Source: Octopus vulgaris
Lineage: Eukaryota
Length of the DNA stretch: 64,000 bases
Direction of reading: 5' to 3'
Assembly (NCBI GenBank): GCA_951406725.2
Contig: OX597818.1
Location: forward strand, 107,632,001 to 107,696,000
Both the position numbers and the translations under genes were made by a program. The notes beneath the pieces are model-generated. The model was not told the origin of the DNA. It did not search any database and was given only the letters and a program-made list of their open reading frames with translations. This document shows positions 30,021 to 43,046 of the stretch, piece after piece; position 1 is the first letter of the stretch; every line of letters starts with the position of its first letter.

Positions 30021-30074
30021 CACACACATACACACGCACACACAGGAGCAATGTCTGTGTACATGTACAATAAA

Positions 30075-30330
30075 GTTCAAAGATATTGAGAGAAAAGTGA
30101 AGCTTAAGAGGCATCAGATGTGGTGTGCAAGAGAGAAGGCTGTGCTGGTACGGTCATGTGATTCATATGGACGAGGACAGCTGTGTAACTGTGGGGGGAG
30201 TCTGTGGCAAGGTAGACCCAGGAAGACATGGGACGAAGTGGTGAAGCATGGTCTTTGGATATTGAATCTCACACACTTGGTGACAAATGAACGAAACATT
30301 TGGCATTTTACTGTGTCTGAGAAGATATGG
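30075..30330 (+). mobile_element. RTE LINE C-terminal ORF fragment
   Basis: LRGIRCGVQERRLCWYGHVIHMDED and GRPRKTWDEVVK motifs. Confidence 0.8.
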
Positions 30331-30554
30331 GAAGCAAGTGCCATTAGGATTGATCTGGTACTGGATAAGGATTCTGGATTAAGTTTTTACTTAATGTTTG
30401 AGAGCTGTTGGGTTCATTTTTAGTATTCTCATTTGTGAGAGCAGTCGAGTTTATTTCAGATATTCTCATTTTAAATCATCTCTGGCTAATCGTTGAGAGG
30501 ACACTGGTGTTGCCTTGGCAGAGGTTTGCATTCTCTGAGTGCTCTTGATGTTAT

Positions 30555-30616
<62 letters not shown>

Positions 30617-31089
30617 TTATTATTATTACACCAACTTGTTGTTTTCGTACGTACCTGTGGTGTATGTCACACTTACTTCAAAGGAAGAAGTGAGCAGCAA
30701 GGCGAGAGAGAGGAAGACAGAGAGAAAGTAAGAGAGAAACACAGAATGAGAGAGAAAGAGAGATATTGAGGGAGAAAAGCGAGAGGGAGAGAGAGAGAGT
30801 GAAAGAGACAGTGAGTGATGGTGGCATTCATTTTGTGTTGTTAAATGTTTATCACATCGCAAGAAAAGTAGATACATAGATCGAAAGAAAAGTTGATACA
30901 TAGATATATACTCATATTGTTAAATTAAAAGTGGAAGAGAGGAAGAACACAGAGGAAGTGAAAGAAAAAGAGAGAAAGCCTGAGAGACAGTAGATACATA
31001 AAACGAAAAAAAAGTTAATACATAGATACATAGGCATTGTTAAATCAAAAACGAATAGCTACAGCAAATATTGGATGTCACTTTCACTT

Positions 31090-31492
31090 TTCAATACAAC
31101 ACGAGGATAAAATTAATGCGCAAGTGGCTGCGTACTCCAGCAGGGCTCAATTGGTATTTATTTTATCGACCATGAAATGCTGAAAGGGTGAATTTGACCG
31201 ACCTCGGCGGAATTTGAACTCTAAATGTAAAGACAGCGAAATACTGCAACGATTCTTCCAGTTCATCTCCTTAAGTCAAAGAAATATTGGTTCTGAATTT
31301 TGGCAGAAGGCCAAAAATTTCAGAGCGGGGGGGGGTGATAAGTGGCTTACATTGACCCCATTGTTCAACTGGTATTTATTTTATCGACCCCGAAAAGCAA
31401 AAGCAGCCTCGGTGGGATTTGAACTCAGAATGAATAGACGGACGGAATGCCAATAAGCATTTTGTCCGGTGCATTAACGATTCTGCCAGCTC
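31090..31492 (-). mobile_element. Two adjacent decayed Meta-like SINE copies
   Basis: ggtatttattttatcgac...cctcgg.gg.atttgaactc occurs twice. Head ttctgccagctc at ~31480. Confidence 0.7.
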
Positions 31493-31749
31493 ATTGCTTG
31501 AAGTACAAGAAATACTATATAAAAAAAAAATTAAATTAGATTTTAATAATTTCTGCAATGTTCATTACTGCCGCTTCCAAAATGAAGAGCTGGAATGTGC
31601 TTCCTAAGTACATGTACATGTCTTGAAGAAGGGCTGTCAGTATTCTTTTTTTTTTTTTTTGAAAGGGAACTAAGATACCAAGAACTAATAATGATGGTAG
31701 TAGCACACCTTAGTGAACAGATGTTGAAACCATAGAATATTCAAGAGAT

Positions 31750-32850
31750 AAATTCATCGTTGCAGATTTTTTTTTTCTTTTGCCATTGGTTTTAGTATGT
31801 CTTGCAAGTTGAGCTGTTTCATATATTTTGGCCTTTCTTTGATTAGTTTATTCTGCATCACAGAAACGTTCATTATTTCTTGCTCACGTATAAAATTACG
31901 TTGCTCTAAACCTTTTAGAAGTTCGCCTGTCAACTGGATTAATCCACCAAGAGAGACTTTTCTGCTACATTTCTTTATCACTGCTCTTTTTTTTCCCACT
32001 CGGTTGTTGCTGTGGGCTTACAAACCATCTGCACAATTTCTGAATCAGTATAATGATGAACAGTAACTACAGCATCATCAACCTTCATCTATTCTTTAAC
32101 ATTATCTTCGTGCATCCTTGATGCAAGATCCTTTGCAACAGGATTAGTTAGATAACGAGCACAAGGAAGCAGATCCTGTATATTTGTTCCTCTTTCAAAG
32201 CTCGAACTCCTCCCCAGTTATTTCTTTCATCATCATCATCAATCCTGGCCACAATTTATGGCATCCATTTCTCGGTGTGGATGGTTTACGAAATTCCAAG
32301 CGTTGACAATACAGTAAACCAAACCATTTACATTAAATTTCTTGAGAAACTGGAGCAGTGCTCTCCCAAATTTGAATGCATGCATCAGGCGTCTCGTAAA
32401 ATATGTGCGATATTTAGACTTAAAGCAAAGTAATAAACCATTGTCCTTGGGATGGATTAACAATGTGAAGTTAAGTAGGAGGAAAATATCAAAAATGTTG
32501 TTGTCAACCGGAGTTCTGTTTAAGGATGTGCGGAATAGTTGTGTAAAATAAGGATTACCTTACAGCTGTTATTCAGGCCAACAGATTTACAGTAAGTACC
32601 GGCTTGGAGAACGAAATTATGTAATCTCGGTTGGCATCCATCTCATTTTTGTTGGCTGCATAAATCGCTTGTAATTGTGTCATACAGTAAAAGCCAGGTG
32701 ACGCAAACCTTTTACTAATGACTAGCAACTTTCACCTTCATAATTCATGCAGCATCAGACCAACTCAGAATAGTGATACGATCTCTCGATCCTTTGTAGC
32801 CTTTTGGCGATAATGCTGTCTCATCCGCATTACAGTAGCCCCTCGGTTAC
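31750..32850 (-). pseudogene. Decayed Tigger/pogo (jerky-like, DDE_1) transposase
   Basis: Minus-strand motifs NADETAL, RDRITIL, ILILHNYSAHP, LIHPKDNG...FKSKYR, VNAW align with pogo NxDETGL / KDRxT / LDNxSAH / IQPxDQG..FK..YR. Stops and frameshifts present. Confidence 0.8.
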
Positions 32851-32882
<32 letters not shown>

Positions 32883-33262
32883 ATTAAGTTAGACAGGTGG
32901 TGCTATTAAGTTAGACATGGCCTGGGCCAATAATGGCCGAAACCTATCAAAGTATCAAAGTATATAAATATATGTATATATACATTAATATATATATATA
33001 CATGTCAATGGCTGACATACTCTCACCTCCTTCTGTACAACATCCTCACTCAATTGAGGGGTTTTTCCTTGTGAGTTACCTGGTGACCTCATTTGTGTGG
33101 GTGCCAGGAAAAAAAGCCACTCGGTACATTCTGTAAAAGGGTTTGTTCTAGGAAGGGAATCCAGTTGTCGAAACCATGTCAAAGAAAACATTCGAACTTG
33201 ACACAGTTTTTTGGTTCATCAAATCCTGTCAAACCGCCCAACACACGCCAGCAGCAGATGCA

Positions 33263-33615
33263 TCGTGGTTGGAGGATAGCGATTTCGATTCCCAGACCGG
33301 GCGTTGTGTGTGTTTATTGAGCGAAAACACCTAAAGCTCCACGATGCTCCGGCGGGTGGGGGTGGGGCGACCCCTGTTGTACTCTTTCGCTCCAACTTTC
33401 TCTCAGTCTTTCTTCCTGTTTCTTGTCTCCGACTTCCTACGCAACCGCTGAGCCTGGATGTGCATTCATCCATCCTTCGATGCTCTCGGTGTCGGGGGGT
33501 TGACCTGCTTTCTCTTCTGCGGGTCTTACGAATAGCAAAGGACCACATTTCGGACTTCTCCTACTGCAAGCTCTGGGACGAAGACTGCTTCGCTCAACAA
33601 ACAAACAAACAAACA
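33263..33615 (+). mobile_element. 5'-truncated SINE with (AACA)n tail and 13-bp TSD, inserted in an RTE tail
   Basis: TSD agcagcagatgca at 33250-33262 and 33616-33628. Body is homologous to the reverse complement of ~41560-41700. Confidence 0.85.
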
Positions 33616-34494
33616 AGCAGCAGATGCACATTAAATGAGGACATGTATGTGTTGGAAGACCACTTCTTGCTCCAGTGTTTCAGTTTTGACAGGGCTTCTT
33701 CTGCTGAGTGTCTTTCTTAACCCTGACCCTAATTTTACGGAGTGTACAGCATGCATTTTTTCAAGCATCTCTACTACAAAGATTGACTTACACACGACAA
33801 GTATTCTCAGCTTTGCATTGTTACTGCTGTTTTCAAGGCATCAGCACTTGTGTGGTCATCCTGCACTCCATTAGACTAAAGAGAAAACACAATTGAAAGA
33901 AATAACTAAAGAGATTGATGGCTTTAAGAAAAATATTAAAATAATCTAAAAGATGAGAAGAGAAACAGATTTATTGCTGTGAGGGTGTAGAATTGGAGAT
34001 AGAGAGTAATGGAGGAGATAGTGTTGTGGGGAAGTGGTAGAAAGGAAGAGGGTGACTAGTAGAAGGGTTAGTGTGAAAGTGAGAGAGAGAGAGAGACAGA
34101 GTAGTAAGCATAATAGAGTGGGTTGAGGAGGAGGAGGTCCCAGTGCTATCCCATATTAAATATATCATCGTTATTCTGTGTCAGTTTTCACCCATCGAGA
34201 AAGGGCAAAGGATTACAATGTGCTCACAGGTCTCAGTTTTTGCATGGTTACATTTGGTGGAATGCTCTTCCCAACACTAACCCCTTCATGGTGCATTGGA
34301 TGCACTTTTTGTGGCATCCAATTCCATAGAGGTTTTCATGTGACTGCCAAAGCCCAAAAGTTCTCTTAATTAACACAGTGCTGTGTCTACGCAGATGCCA
34401 ACTAATTTATAAAATGTACACCACACATTTTACTCTGAGACTATTATTTGTGAGAGCAACTTATAATTCACAATGCTAAAGAGTCACCATTGTC

Positions 34495-34531
<37 letters not shown>

Positions 34532-34840
34532 GAAAGATTAGAGAAGAGAATGATGAGATTGGGAAAGGTGTGAACATATGATGGAGAAACAGGTTGGGGA
34601 GAAAAGTCAGAGGAGAAAGTTGCAGGGGTAGGAGAATATTGGAAAGGACAAAGGGAAGGGGAAAGGTATATGTGTGTGTGTGTGTGTGCGTTTGTTTCTA
34701 TGTGTTCTCACACTCTGATAGATTTGAGTTGGTGCAGGTGTTTACATCACTCACAAACACGTGACAGTTTCAATGGAAGAAGAATGAAAATTCTTTTCTC
34801 GGAAAAGAAATCTTTGTGTCTGTAAGTTTCTGAATTTTAT

Positions 34841-35057
34841 ACTGGTTTCAAACTTTGACACAAAGCCTGCAATTTCAGAGAGATGGTTAAGCTGATTACA
34901 TCAACCCTCAGTATTCAACTGGTATTTATTTTATTGGCCTCGAAAGGATAAAGGACAAAGTCAACCTCAGCAGAATTTGAACTCAGAATGCAAAGAAGGA
35001 TGAAGATGCAACTAAACATTTTGCCTGGCATGCTAATGGTTCTGCCAGCTGACCACC
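34841..35057 (-). mobile_element. Meta-like SINE, CpG-decayed
   Basis: aaagtcaacctcagcagaatttgaactcagaa...ttctgccagct. Confidence 0.75.
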
Positions 35058-35202
35058 ATAATTTGAATTTTATAGGAACATACTGTAAACAGTCATCCAT
35101 CAGTTGTTGTTACTGTTTCGTAACCTTATGATTTAGGAGACAGACTCTTGAAAAAAAAAAACCATTCCAAACCCATCCTCTCCATTTTCTTCAGACACTT
35201 TT

Positions 35203-35480
35203 CATCATCATCATCATCATCATCATTTAACGTCCATTGTTGGGCTGAACGGTTTGACTGGAACAGGCAAGGCTAGAAACTGCACCAGGTTCCCTGGTCA
35301 GTTTTGGCTTGGCTTCTACAGCTGGATACCTTGCCTAGCACCAGCCTCTTTACTGAGTGTAGTGGGTGCTTTTCATGTGGTACCAACACCAGTACTTTTT
35401 GCATGGCGCCATCACTAATGCTTTTTATGTGGCACCAGCACCTGTGCTCTTTTTTTTTTATGTGGCACCAGCACTTGTGT
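35203..35480 (-). mobile_element. RTE-type 3' tail
   Basis: (CAT)n ttaacgtcca...tctacagctggat.cctt.cctagc...ttatgtggcacc repeats. Confidence 0.75.
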
Positions 35481-38400
35481 ATTCTGCCATCACCAGTTCT
35501 TTTATGGGTGTTAGGGGGTGAAATGTTGGTGGAGGAAGAAGGTTGACAAACCAGAGCCCCTCATTAACAAGTATTACCAAGGTGGTTTTAGGACATCAGT
35601 TCTGATGTGGTGGAGTACAACAATGTGCCAAATATCTTGGTCCTTTGTCATCTCCTTCATAAGTCTCAGCATTTCGAGATCAGCCTTAAAGATCAATTTA
35701 TTTAATATCTCCTTCATTTATTTAAGATTGTAGGGTATGATACAAAAGAAATTTGGTTCTCTATCAAATATGCAGAGTGATCAAGTACTGGCTTCTTTAT
35801 TAGCTTCAATAAACATTTTGAATTCGATTAGCCTTCCATTTATACAGAGTGTGATGTGTCTTTTAAAAAAAATGGATTGCTTGTTACTCTTGGGTGAGCC
35901 ATTTAACTACAGAAGTATTGAATACAGAGTTGTATCAAAGTAAGTGTTCAGTTTCTCTTTAATTCAATGCTACTGTGTAACAAAATAAATGTCTTTGAGT
36001 ACAGAATAAACATTAATGTTTCAGTTTACCAGTTTTAGCACTGGAGAACAATAGACTAATAGCTAGATTGATCTCTTATACTGTCTATATTTATCGACTT
36101 TATTGCCAGTAGATGGTAAAATTGCAGGCAAAAAGAGATGCAACCATTTTATTATGCCATTACCATTGGTATGATATGCATATTTCTCAATAATTGCAAG
36201 GCTGCTAGTTAAGATTCCATTTCAACCATTATAATCCTGCTCTTTTGTTGTAAAGAATCAAATTCTAACTACCTACACTCTGTCAGATATAGAACTGTAT
36301 TTGTCGATAACTATATCAGTGTCTTTTCTGCTATCATATTCAAATATTTAAATATCTTTTTGGCATTAATCAAATATCAGTTATCTTTAGACAATTGAAA
36401 AACTCATTCAGAAATTCCACCAGCAAAGCACAACATTGAAATGGAATGAAATTGAAGTTTACCTCAAGCTGCTGAAGCTGAGGCTCATATGCTGCTAGAC
36501 ACTCTCTTGTGGGTGATTAATTTCTATACAAAGTCCATCTTCAGAAAATGTCTTTCCCCACATTATCACATCAAGAGCTTGTTCTTCATTAAGTAGACAA
36601 ACATATCATTAAGTGCACAAGCGTTTCAAACACAATCCAATAAATCAAAGTCATCATCATCATCGTCATCATCATCATTGTCGTCATCATCATTGTCATC
36701 ATCGTCGTCATCGTCGTCGTCGTCGTCGTCGTCCTCCTCCTCCTCCTCCTCCTCCTCCTCCTTCTTCTTCTTCTTCTTCTTCTTCTTCTTCTTCTTCTTC
36801 TTCTTCTTCTTCTTCTTCTTCTTCTTCTTCTTCTTCTTTCAATAACTGATATTATCATTCATTCCAGCAAAATTAAAGACAAACAAAATTTCGCTTTCCT
36901 TAATGTTCTTTAATGTTATAAATTTGAATTTGATCTTTTAAATACTCACCTTTGAAGAATGTTTTGCATAATATACAATTTACGTGGAGTTGGAATAATA
37001 TATAAGTAAAGTGAAATTAAATTTATAGGTTGTAATCAGTTTATTTTGTTATTATGTAAGAGAACAATGGTGACCTTTCTTTCGACTCTACCTCTACTGA
37101 AAATATTACACAAAACGAACATTATGATAATTAAAATGAAGAATTGTGTTAGAGCAAAATAAGAAATCACAGAATTAAGTTCAGGTGAAGAATAACTTAT
37201 TGGTCTCTAAAACTTCCAGTTTTGTCCAGTGGAAATAATAAACTTCAACCACATTACTAAACTCAGCAGTTTTTATCAGAATAGCACTATGGATTATATG
37301 TGGGAGGTAGTGGCCAGAATTTACAGAGTTCCTCACACACACACACTAACTAAACACAGACGCACATAGAGATATACACATGCGCAAATGAAGACACATA
37401 CAATAGAAATACAAAATGGCTGACAGTTAGTAAGGAGAGACACAAAAATAAGAAAGAAGAAAGCAAAGGACCACTGATGCGGTCACAGGAGTGTGACGAA
37501 AGAACTCTGGCCGAAATAAGATTAAGATTAATGTAAAAAATAAATAACGCTGAAGCAAAGTAACACCAAATATATAGTGCATGTGTTTTTATTGGCTAAA
37601 CTGGAAAAAAATGACCATTCCTAAATACAACAATATCTGTATCAACACACGAAACCATTATCATGTAAAGTAAACTTTTTTCCATTTTGAATTCTTCAAG
37701 CTGAGAATCGGATAATAGCGATAGGTTTCACAATTCTTGCCCTCTACCGTAAGCTGACTTCCAGATTGTGATTTAGAACTCAGGCAGAAGGCTAGAATTT
37801 TGAAAGGAAAGATATAATCAAATCAACTACAGTATTTCTTCATCACCATCATCATCATCATTGTCATCACCACCACCATCTTCATCATCTTTTCTTTATT
37901 CATGGTACCAAAACCAGTGCTTTTATGTGGCACTGCCACCAGTACTTTTAACTTGATTGTACCCATTTCTTTTGCCCCTGAAGAATGATCGACTAAGCTG
38001 ACCTCAAGAATTTTGTGTGAAGCTCTACCAGATCTCTTATCCACCATCTTTAATACTGATGATGCAACAGAACTTCAAAATGTATTTGTCCTTATTAAAG
38101 TTTAATATAAATGGTGCCTTGTACTTCTTGTCGGTATAAAGAGAAATACAGCAGAGGAGAAAGTCACAAACATTGGACAGGACAATAATCTTATGGCATG
38201 GCATATTGGAACCAGTGTTAAATCATTGTAATTCCAGTGTATTATATATAAAACCAACAGGAGCCAACACTGTTGACAGAAACAAGATTTCCCCAAAGCT
38301 TAAAAAACAGTACATTTAGAGAACATTAAAAAAAAAAAAGATTCACCTCTTTTATATAAAGAGTTCAACTTTTGAGCATTTAAACTGGTCATATTTGGCC

Positions 38401-39613
38401 AAAATATTCTTCCTGTCTTATGTTCAAACCAGCTGGATCTTGCCTCTCATGCCAACACTGCACTGTCATTGTGAAAATATACAATCAAATCATGAAAATG
38501 TTGAAGCTGTGAGATAATGCAGGATTCAATAAAGACCAATGTGAATAAATTAGATTCGCAAAGCGAAAACATTCAAGTACCTGAGATGCAAAAAGATTAG
38601 AAACGTGTTTTGACACAGCATCCTGAAACTATATTTGCAGACACATGTTGAAGACATGGGGACATATTAATTGATGCATTTAGGAAACCTTAGACTCAAC
38701 AATATTGTGACAGCAATAATTCATGGTGATGCATTCTGCCTTGGCTGTATGACCATTCTAATATATGATGATACCAACTGTCACATACAAACTATCTGCA
38801 GGTTATCATGCCAGGCATTCGATTAATTTGGCTGCAAGAATTTGACAACAACCTGAAATAACTCAATGAAAACAAATATTTATATCTATATATATATGTA
38901 CATATGTATGTATGTATGTATGTATTTATGTATGTATGTATGTATGTATGTATGTATGTATGTATGTATGTATGTATGTATGTATGTATGCATGTATGCA
39001 TGTATGTATGTATGTATGTATGCCATTATTCAGTTTTATTTCAAGATTTCTTGCTAATAGAGAAAGAACTGGTTTCTAACCTAGATCCAAAACTCCTTCA
39101 TTGGAATTTCAACATAAACAACAGCATATTTTTGTTTGTATGTGTGTATGCGTATATGTATACTTGGAGATTTGTATGCTTTGTTTTATGAATGTATTTC
39201 CATGCATATAGTTGCATATGTATTTATGTATGCATGCATGCATGCATGTACATATGTATGTATATATGTATATATGCATGTATGTACATATGCATTTATG
39301 CATACATGTATGTAATATATGTATGCATGTATTTATATATGTATGTATGCATGCATATATGTATACATGTATGCATATATATATATGCATGTATATATGC
39401 ATGTACATATGCATATATGTATGCATGCATGCATGTATGTAAGTATGCATAAATGCATGTGTGTATGTATGAATGTATGTATGCAGGCATTTATGAATGC
39501 ATGTAATCATGCATGTGTGTATGTATGTATTCATGTATGCATGTATGTATGAATGTAAGTATGTATGCTTGCATGTATATATATGACAACAGCATATTAG
39601 TGAGATGAAGAAG

Positions 39614-39655
<42 letters not shown>

Positions 39656-39721
39656 TAATTCCAATATAGGCACAAGGTCTGTAATTTTGTTGGTGAGGAG
39701 GTTAGCTGATTACATCTACCA

Positions 39722-39773
<52 letters not shown>

Positions 39774-39774
39774 C

Positions 39775-40180
39775 AGAGTCGGTCAATATCTATACTAGAT
39801 AATATGTTGGCGTTATAAAATCAAATCTGCTGATAAAAGTTGCAAGCACAATCCTGAGGCGGTAACTAAAGGAGAAAATGTAATGATTCTTTGGGACTTT
39901 CCAGTTCATACAGATTGGACCATCAAAGCTCATAAACCAGATATTGTTGTGAAAGAGCAAAACAATAAAATCTGTTTATTGATAGATATGTGCATACCTT
40001 GTGATCATAAGATCTCAGCAAAAGAATTTCATAAGCTCAGAAAACATAAAGATTGAAATCAAAAATATGTGGCATCTCAAGATGGTTACAATACCAGTGA
40101 TTGTAGGAGCACTTGGAATGATCAAAAAGGCAAGTGAAATTTATTTCAGGATGATCCTTGGCTTACAATTCATGCAGGAA
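39775..40180 (+). mobile_element. R4/Dong-like LINE C-terminal restriction-like endonuclease fragment
   Basis: ILWDFPVHTDWTIKAHKPDIVVKEQNNKICLLIDMCIP..IEIKNMWHLKMVTIPVIVGALG (PD..D..K nuclease region). Begins directly after a (GAT)n tract. Confidence 0.85.
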
Positions 40181-40499
40181 CTCTTTTTTACAACTTTGTC
40201 ACAATATTCCTCATTTTATTGTGGGATTTGGCTGTTACTGAAATTTTTTAATTGAATGCAATTTTTGGCCATCTTTTTTTTTTTTTCAGAATCGGAATTT
40301 CATCAGCTGGAAACAGGGGCTTCTATAGAAAAAAAATTTTAATAAGAGGGAGAGGGATTGGGTTACGTCTCTGCCATGCACACTGGCAGATCAATATATA
40401 CAGTATATTAAATACATTTCTTGTATTTAATATACTTATATATCGAATATGTATACTTACATATTTGTCTGTCTAATTTCCTCTCCCTATATTCACAGA

Positions 40500-40565
<66 letters not shown>

Positions 40566-40572
<7 letters not shown>

Positions 40573-41357
40573 CAATAATAATAAAGGGTGAAATTAATTA
40601 ATCAATTTATAATTAATAATCTTACCAAGTAGTTCGGTATGTTAAAAGAACCATTATCGATAAACTTATACAAAAATTATTATAATTATAAACATAATTA
40701 TAGTTAGGGCTTAGCAAAATTGCTTCACCAGATACTGAAATTTAGAAATAGCAGTTAAATACTATTCTACTACCATAAGATATCTCCCATTATGTTTATA
40801 ATTATAATAATTTTTGTATAAGTTTACCGATACTGGTTCTTTTAACATACCGACTACTTGGTAAGATTATTAATTATATATTGATTAATTAATTTTACCC
40901 TTTATTTTTATTGATAATATAATTCTCTCCCTGATAGTAAACTGCAGTTTCTGTGGGATTACTCATAACGCACGTGGGTGATTTGGAGAAGGTGCGAACC
41001 CTAACTCGTCTGTATGAATTCAGAAGTACTGGTTTTTTGGATATTAGTTTTGTTCGATGGTGCTTTGTTGAATAAATATCTTGATTGCTAGTGCTCTTAA
41101 ATTTATAATTGAAATACTATACTGATGACGGAAATAAGGTATGAGTTATTTTACATGTCTTTAATCCAGAAACGCGTATACAGTTAATCAAAGCCGAGTG
41201 GATTCGTTATTTTTTCTTCTTTGCCTGTGTGAGTTGAGAGTATTACTGTCTTGGAGAATCTTATGGTAGTAGAATAGTATTTAACTGCTATTTCTAAAGG
41301 TATGTGGTGAAGCAATTTTGCTAAGCCCTAACTATAATTATGTTTATAATTATAATA

Positions 41358-41361
<4 letters not shown>
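40566..41361. mobile_element. Non-coding PLE/retrozyme-like element: inverted arm plus 548-bp permuted monomer, embedded in (TA)n
   Basis: 40566-40787 is the reverse complement of 41253-41361 continued by 40814-40920. 25-bp direct repeat at 40789-40813 and 41337-41361. Contains a hammerhead. Confidence 0.85.
41116..41184 (+). ncRNA. Type I hammerhead ribozyme motif
   Basis: actata CTGATGA cgga...tcca GAAA cgcg TA tacagt. Canonical core, palindromic ACGCGT stem III, stem I with one mismatch. Confidence 0.7.
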
Positions 41362-41440
<79 letters not shown>

Positions 41441-41448
41441 TTGTTATA

Positions 41449-41733
41449 TGTTTGTTCCCTCTCGAGCCATGCCTGGCTCATAGGGCTGGTTTCCCGGTTT
41501 CCTTGACGTATAGGTTCCCCACCTAGACAGGATGCCGGTCCGTCACAGGTGAGCTGCAAGATGCAGGAGGAAAGAGTGAGAGAAAGTTGTGGTGAAAGAG
41601 TCAGCAGAGGTTTGCCATTACCTTCTGCCGGAGCCGCATGGAGCTTAGGTGATTCACTCATAAACACACACATCGCCCAGTCTGAGAATTGAACCCGCAA
41701 TCCGTTGCTCTAACCACTAGGCTATGTGCCTCC
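41449..41733 (-). mobile_element. tRNA-derived SINE with V-SINE-like tail
   Basis: Minus strand: ggaggcacatagcctagtggttagagc...gggttcaattctc head, tail cctgtgacggaccggcatcctgtc...gaaaccggg. Confidence 0.75.
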
Positions 41734-41756
41734 ACACATACACACATATATATATG

Positions 41757-41787
<31 letters not shown>

Positions 41788-41803
41788 TGTGTTTATTTGG
41801 CAA

Positions 41804-41856
<53 letters not shown>

Positions 41857-41972
41857 TAATAACAACAACAACAACAACAACAACAGCAATAATAATAAAT
41901 GAAACGACCATCCCGAAGTACAACACTACCTGTTTCAACACACGGTTTCACATCAGGAATCTTCCAAAACGA

Positions 41973-42004
<32 letters not shown>

Positions 42005-42008
<4 letters not shown>

Positions 42009-42231
42009 CTTTACTACCCACAAGGGGCTAAACACAGAGGGAACAAACAAGGACAGACAAACGGATTAAGTCGATTACACCGATCCCAGTGCGTAACTGG
42101 TACTTAATTTATCGACCACGAAAGGATGAAAGGCAAAGTCGACCTCGGCGGAATTTGAACTCAGAACGTTCAGACAGACGAAATACGGCTACGCATTTCG
42201 CCCGGCGTGCTAACGTTTCTGCCAACTCGCC
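42005..42231 (-). mobile_element. Meta-like SINE, full length, CpG-intact
   Basis: Reverse complement nearly identical to 1805-2037. Confidence 0.9.
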
Positions 42232-42382
42232 ACATATAAATTATGAGTTATAGTTTATGCAACTGTCTAAGGGATAAATGTATCCGTAGGCACTACTTAT
42301 GCATATCCTGACTATTTATAGGCCTTGCTATAAGGTTAACAGTAATTAGTAATTTAAAGGTAAACCGTGATTTAATACATTC

Positions 42383-42960
42383 AGATAAGAGAAGAAATAG
42401 AGCAACATGTAGCAATTAGAAGTTGATCGTTAGTATTGAATGGTCATAGTTTAATTATGGTTAAGATAACATTTACAGCTGTTTCAGTTTGTTATTTTTG
42501 GGGTAAACTTGTGTTTATCTCGTTCCATGTAAGAAACATCAGCAGAATGATTTGAACTTTACCAAAGGAATATTGACAGGAGATCGAAGGTTGACAGGGA
42601 GAGAAAAAGGAAAAAAAAGGAATAAGGAAAACGTTCGTTTGGTCTTTAGGCTTACATTTTTGCGTCCTTAAAATGTAAGCCTAAAGACCTAACGAACCTT
42701 TTCCTTTTACTTTTTTCCTTTGCTTTTTTCTTTTTTTCTCCTGTCAACCTTTGACCTCCTGTCAATATTCTTTTGGTATAGTTCAACTCATTCCGATGAT
42801 ATTTCTTACATGGAACGAGATAAACGCAAGTTTACTTCAAAAATAACAAACAGAAACAGTTTTAAATGTTATCTTAACCATAATTAAACATAATTATGAT
42901 CATTCAATACTAACGATCAACTTCTAATTGTTACATATTGCTCCTTTTCTTCTCTTATCT
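42383..42960. repeat. Long fold-back palindrome (~280-bp arms, 9-nt loop), each arm with a hammerhead relic
   Basis: Arms 42383-42660 and 42670-42960 are reverse complements with scattered substitutions. Loop tgcgtcctt. Confidence 0.9.
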
Positions 42961-42970
42961 TATCTGTATG

Positions 42971-43037
<67 letters not shown>

Positions 43038-43046
43038 TTGTGTGTA

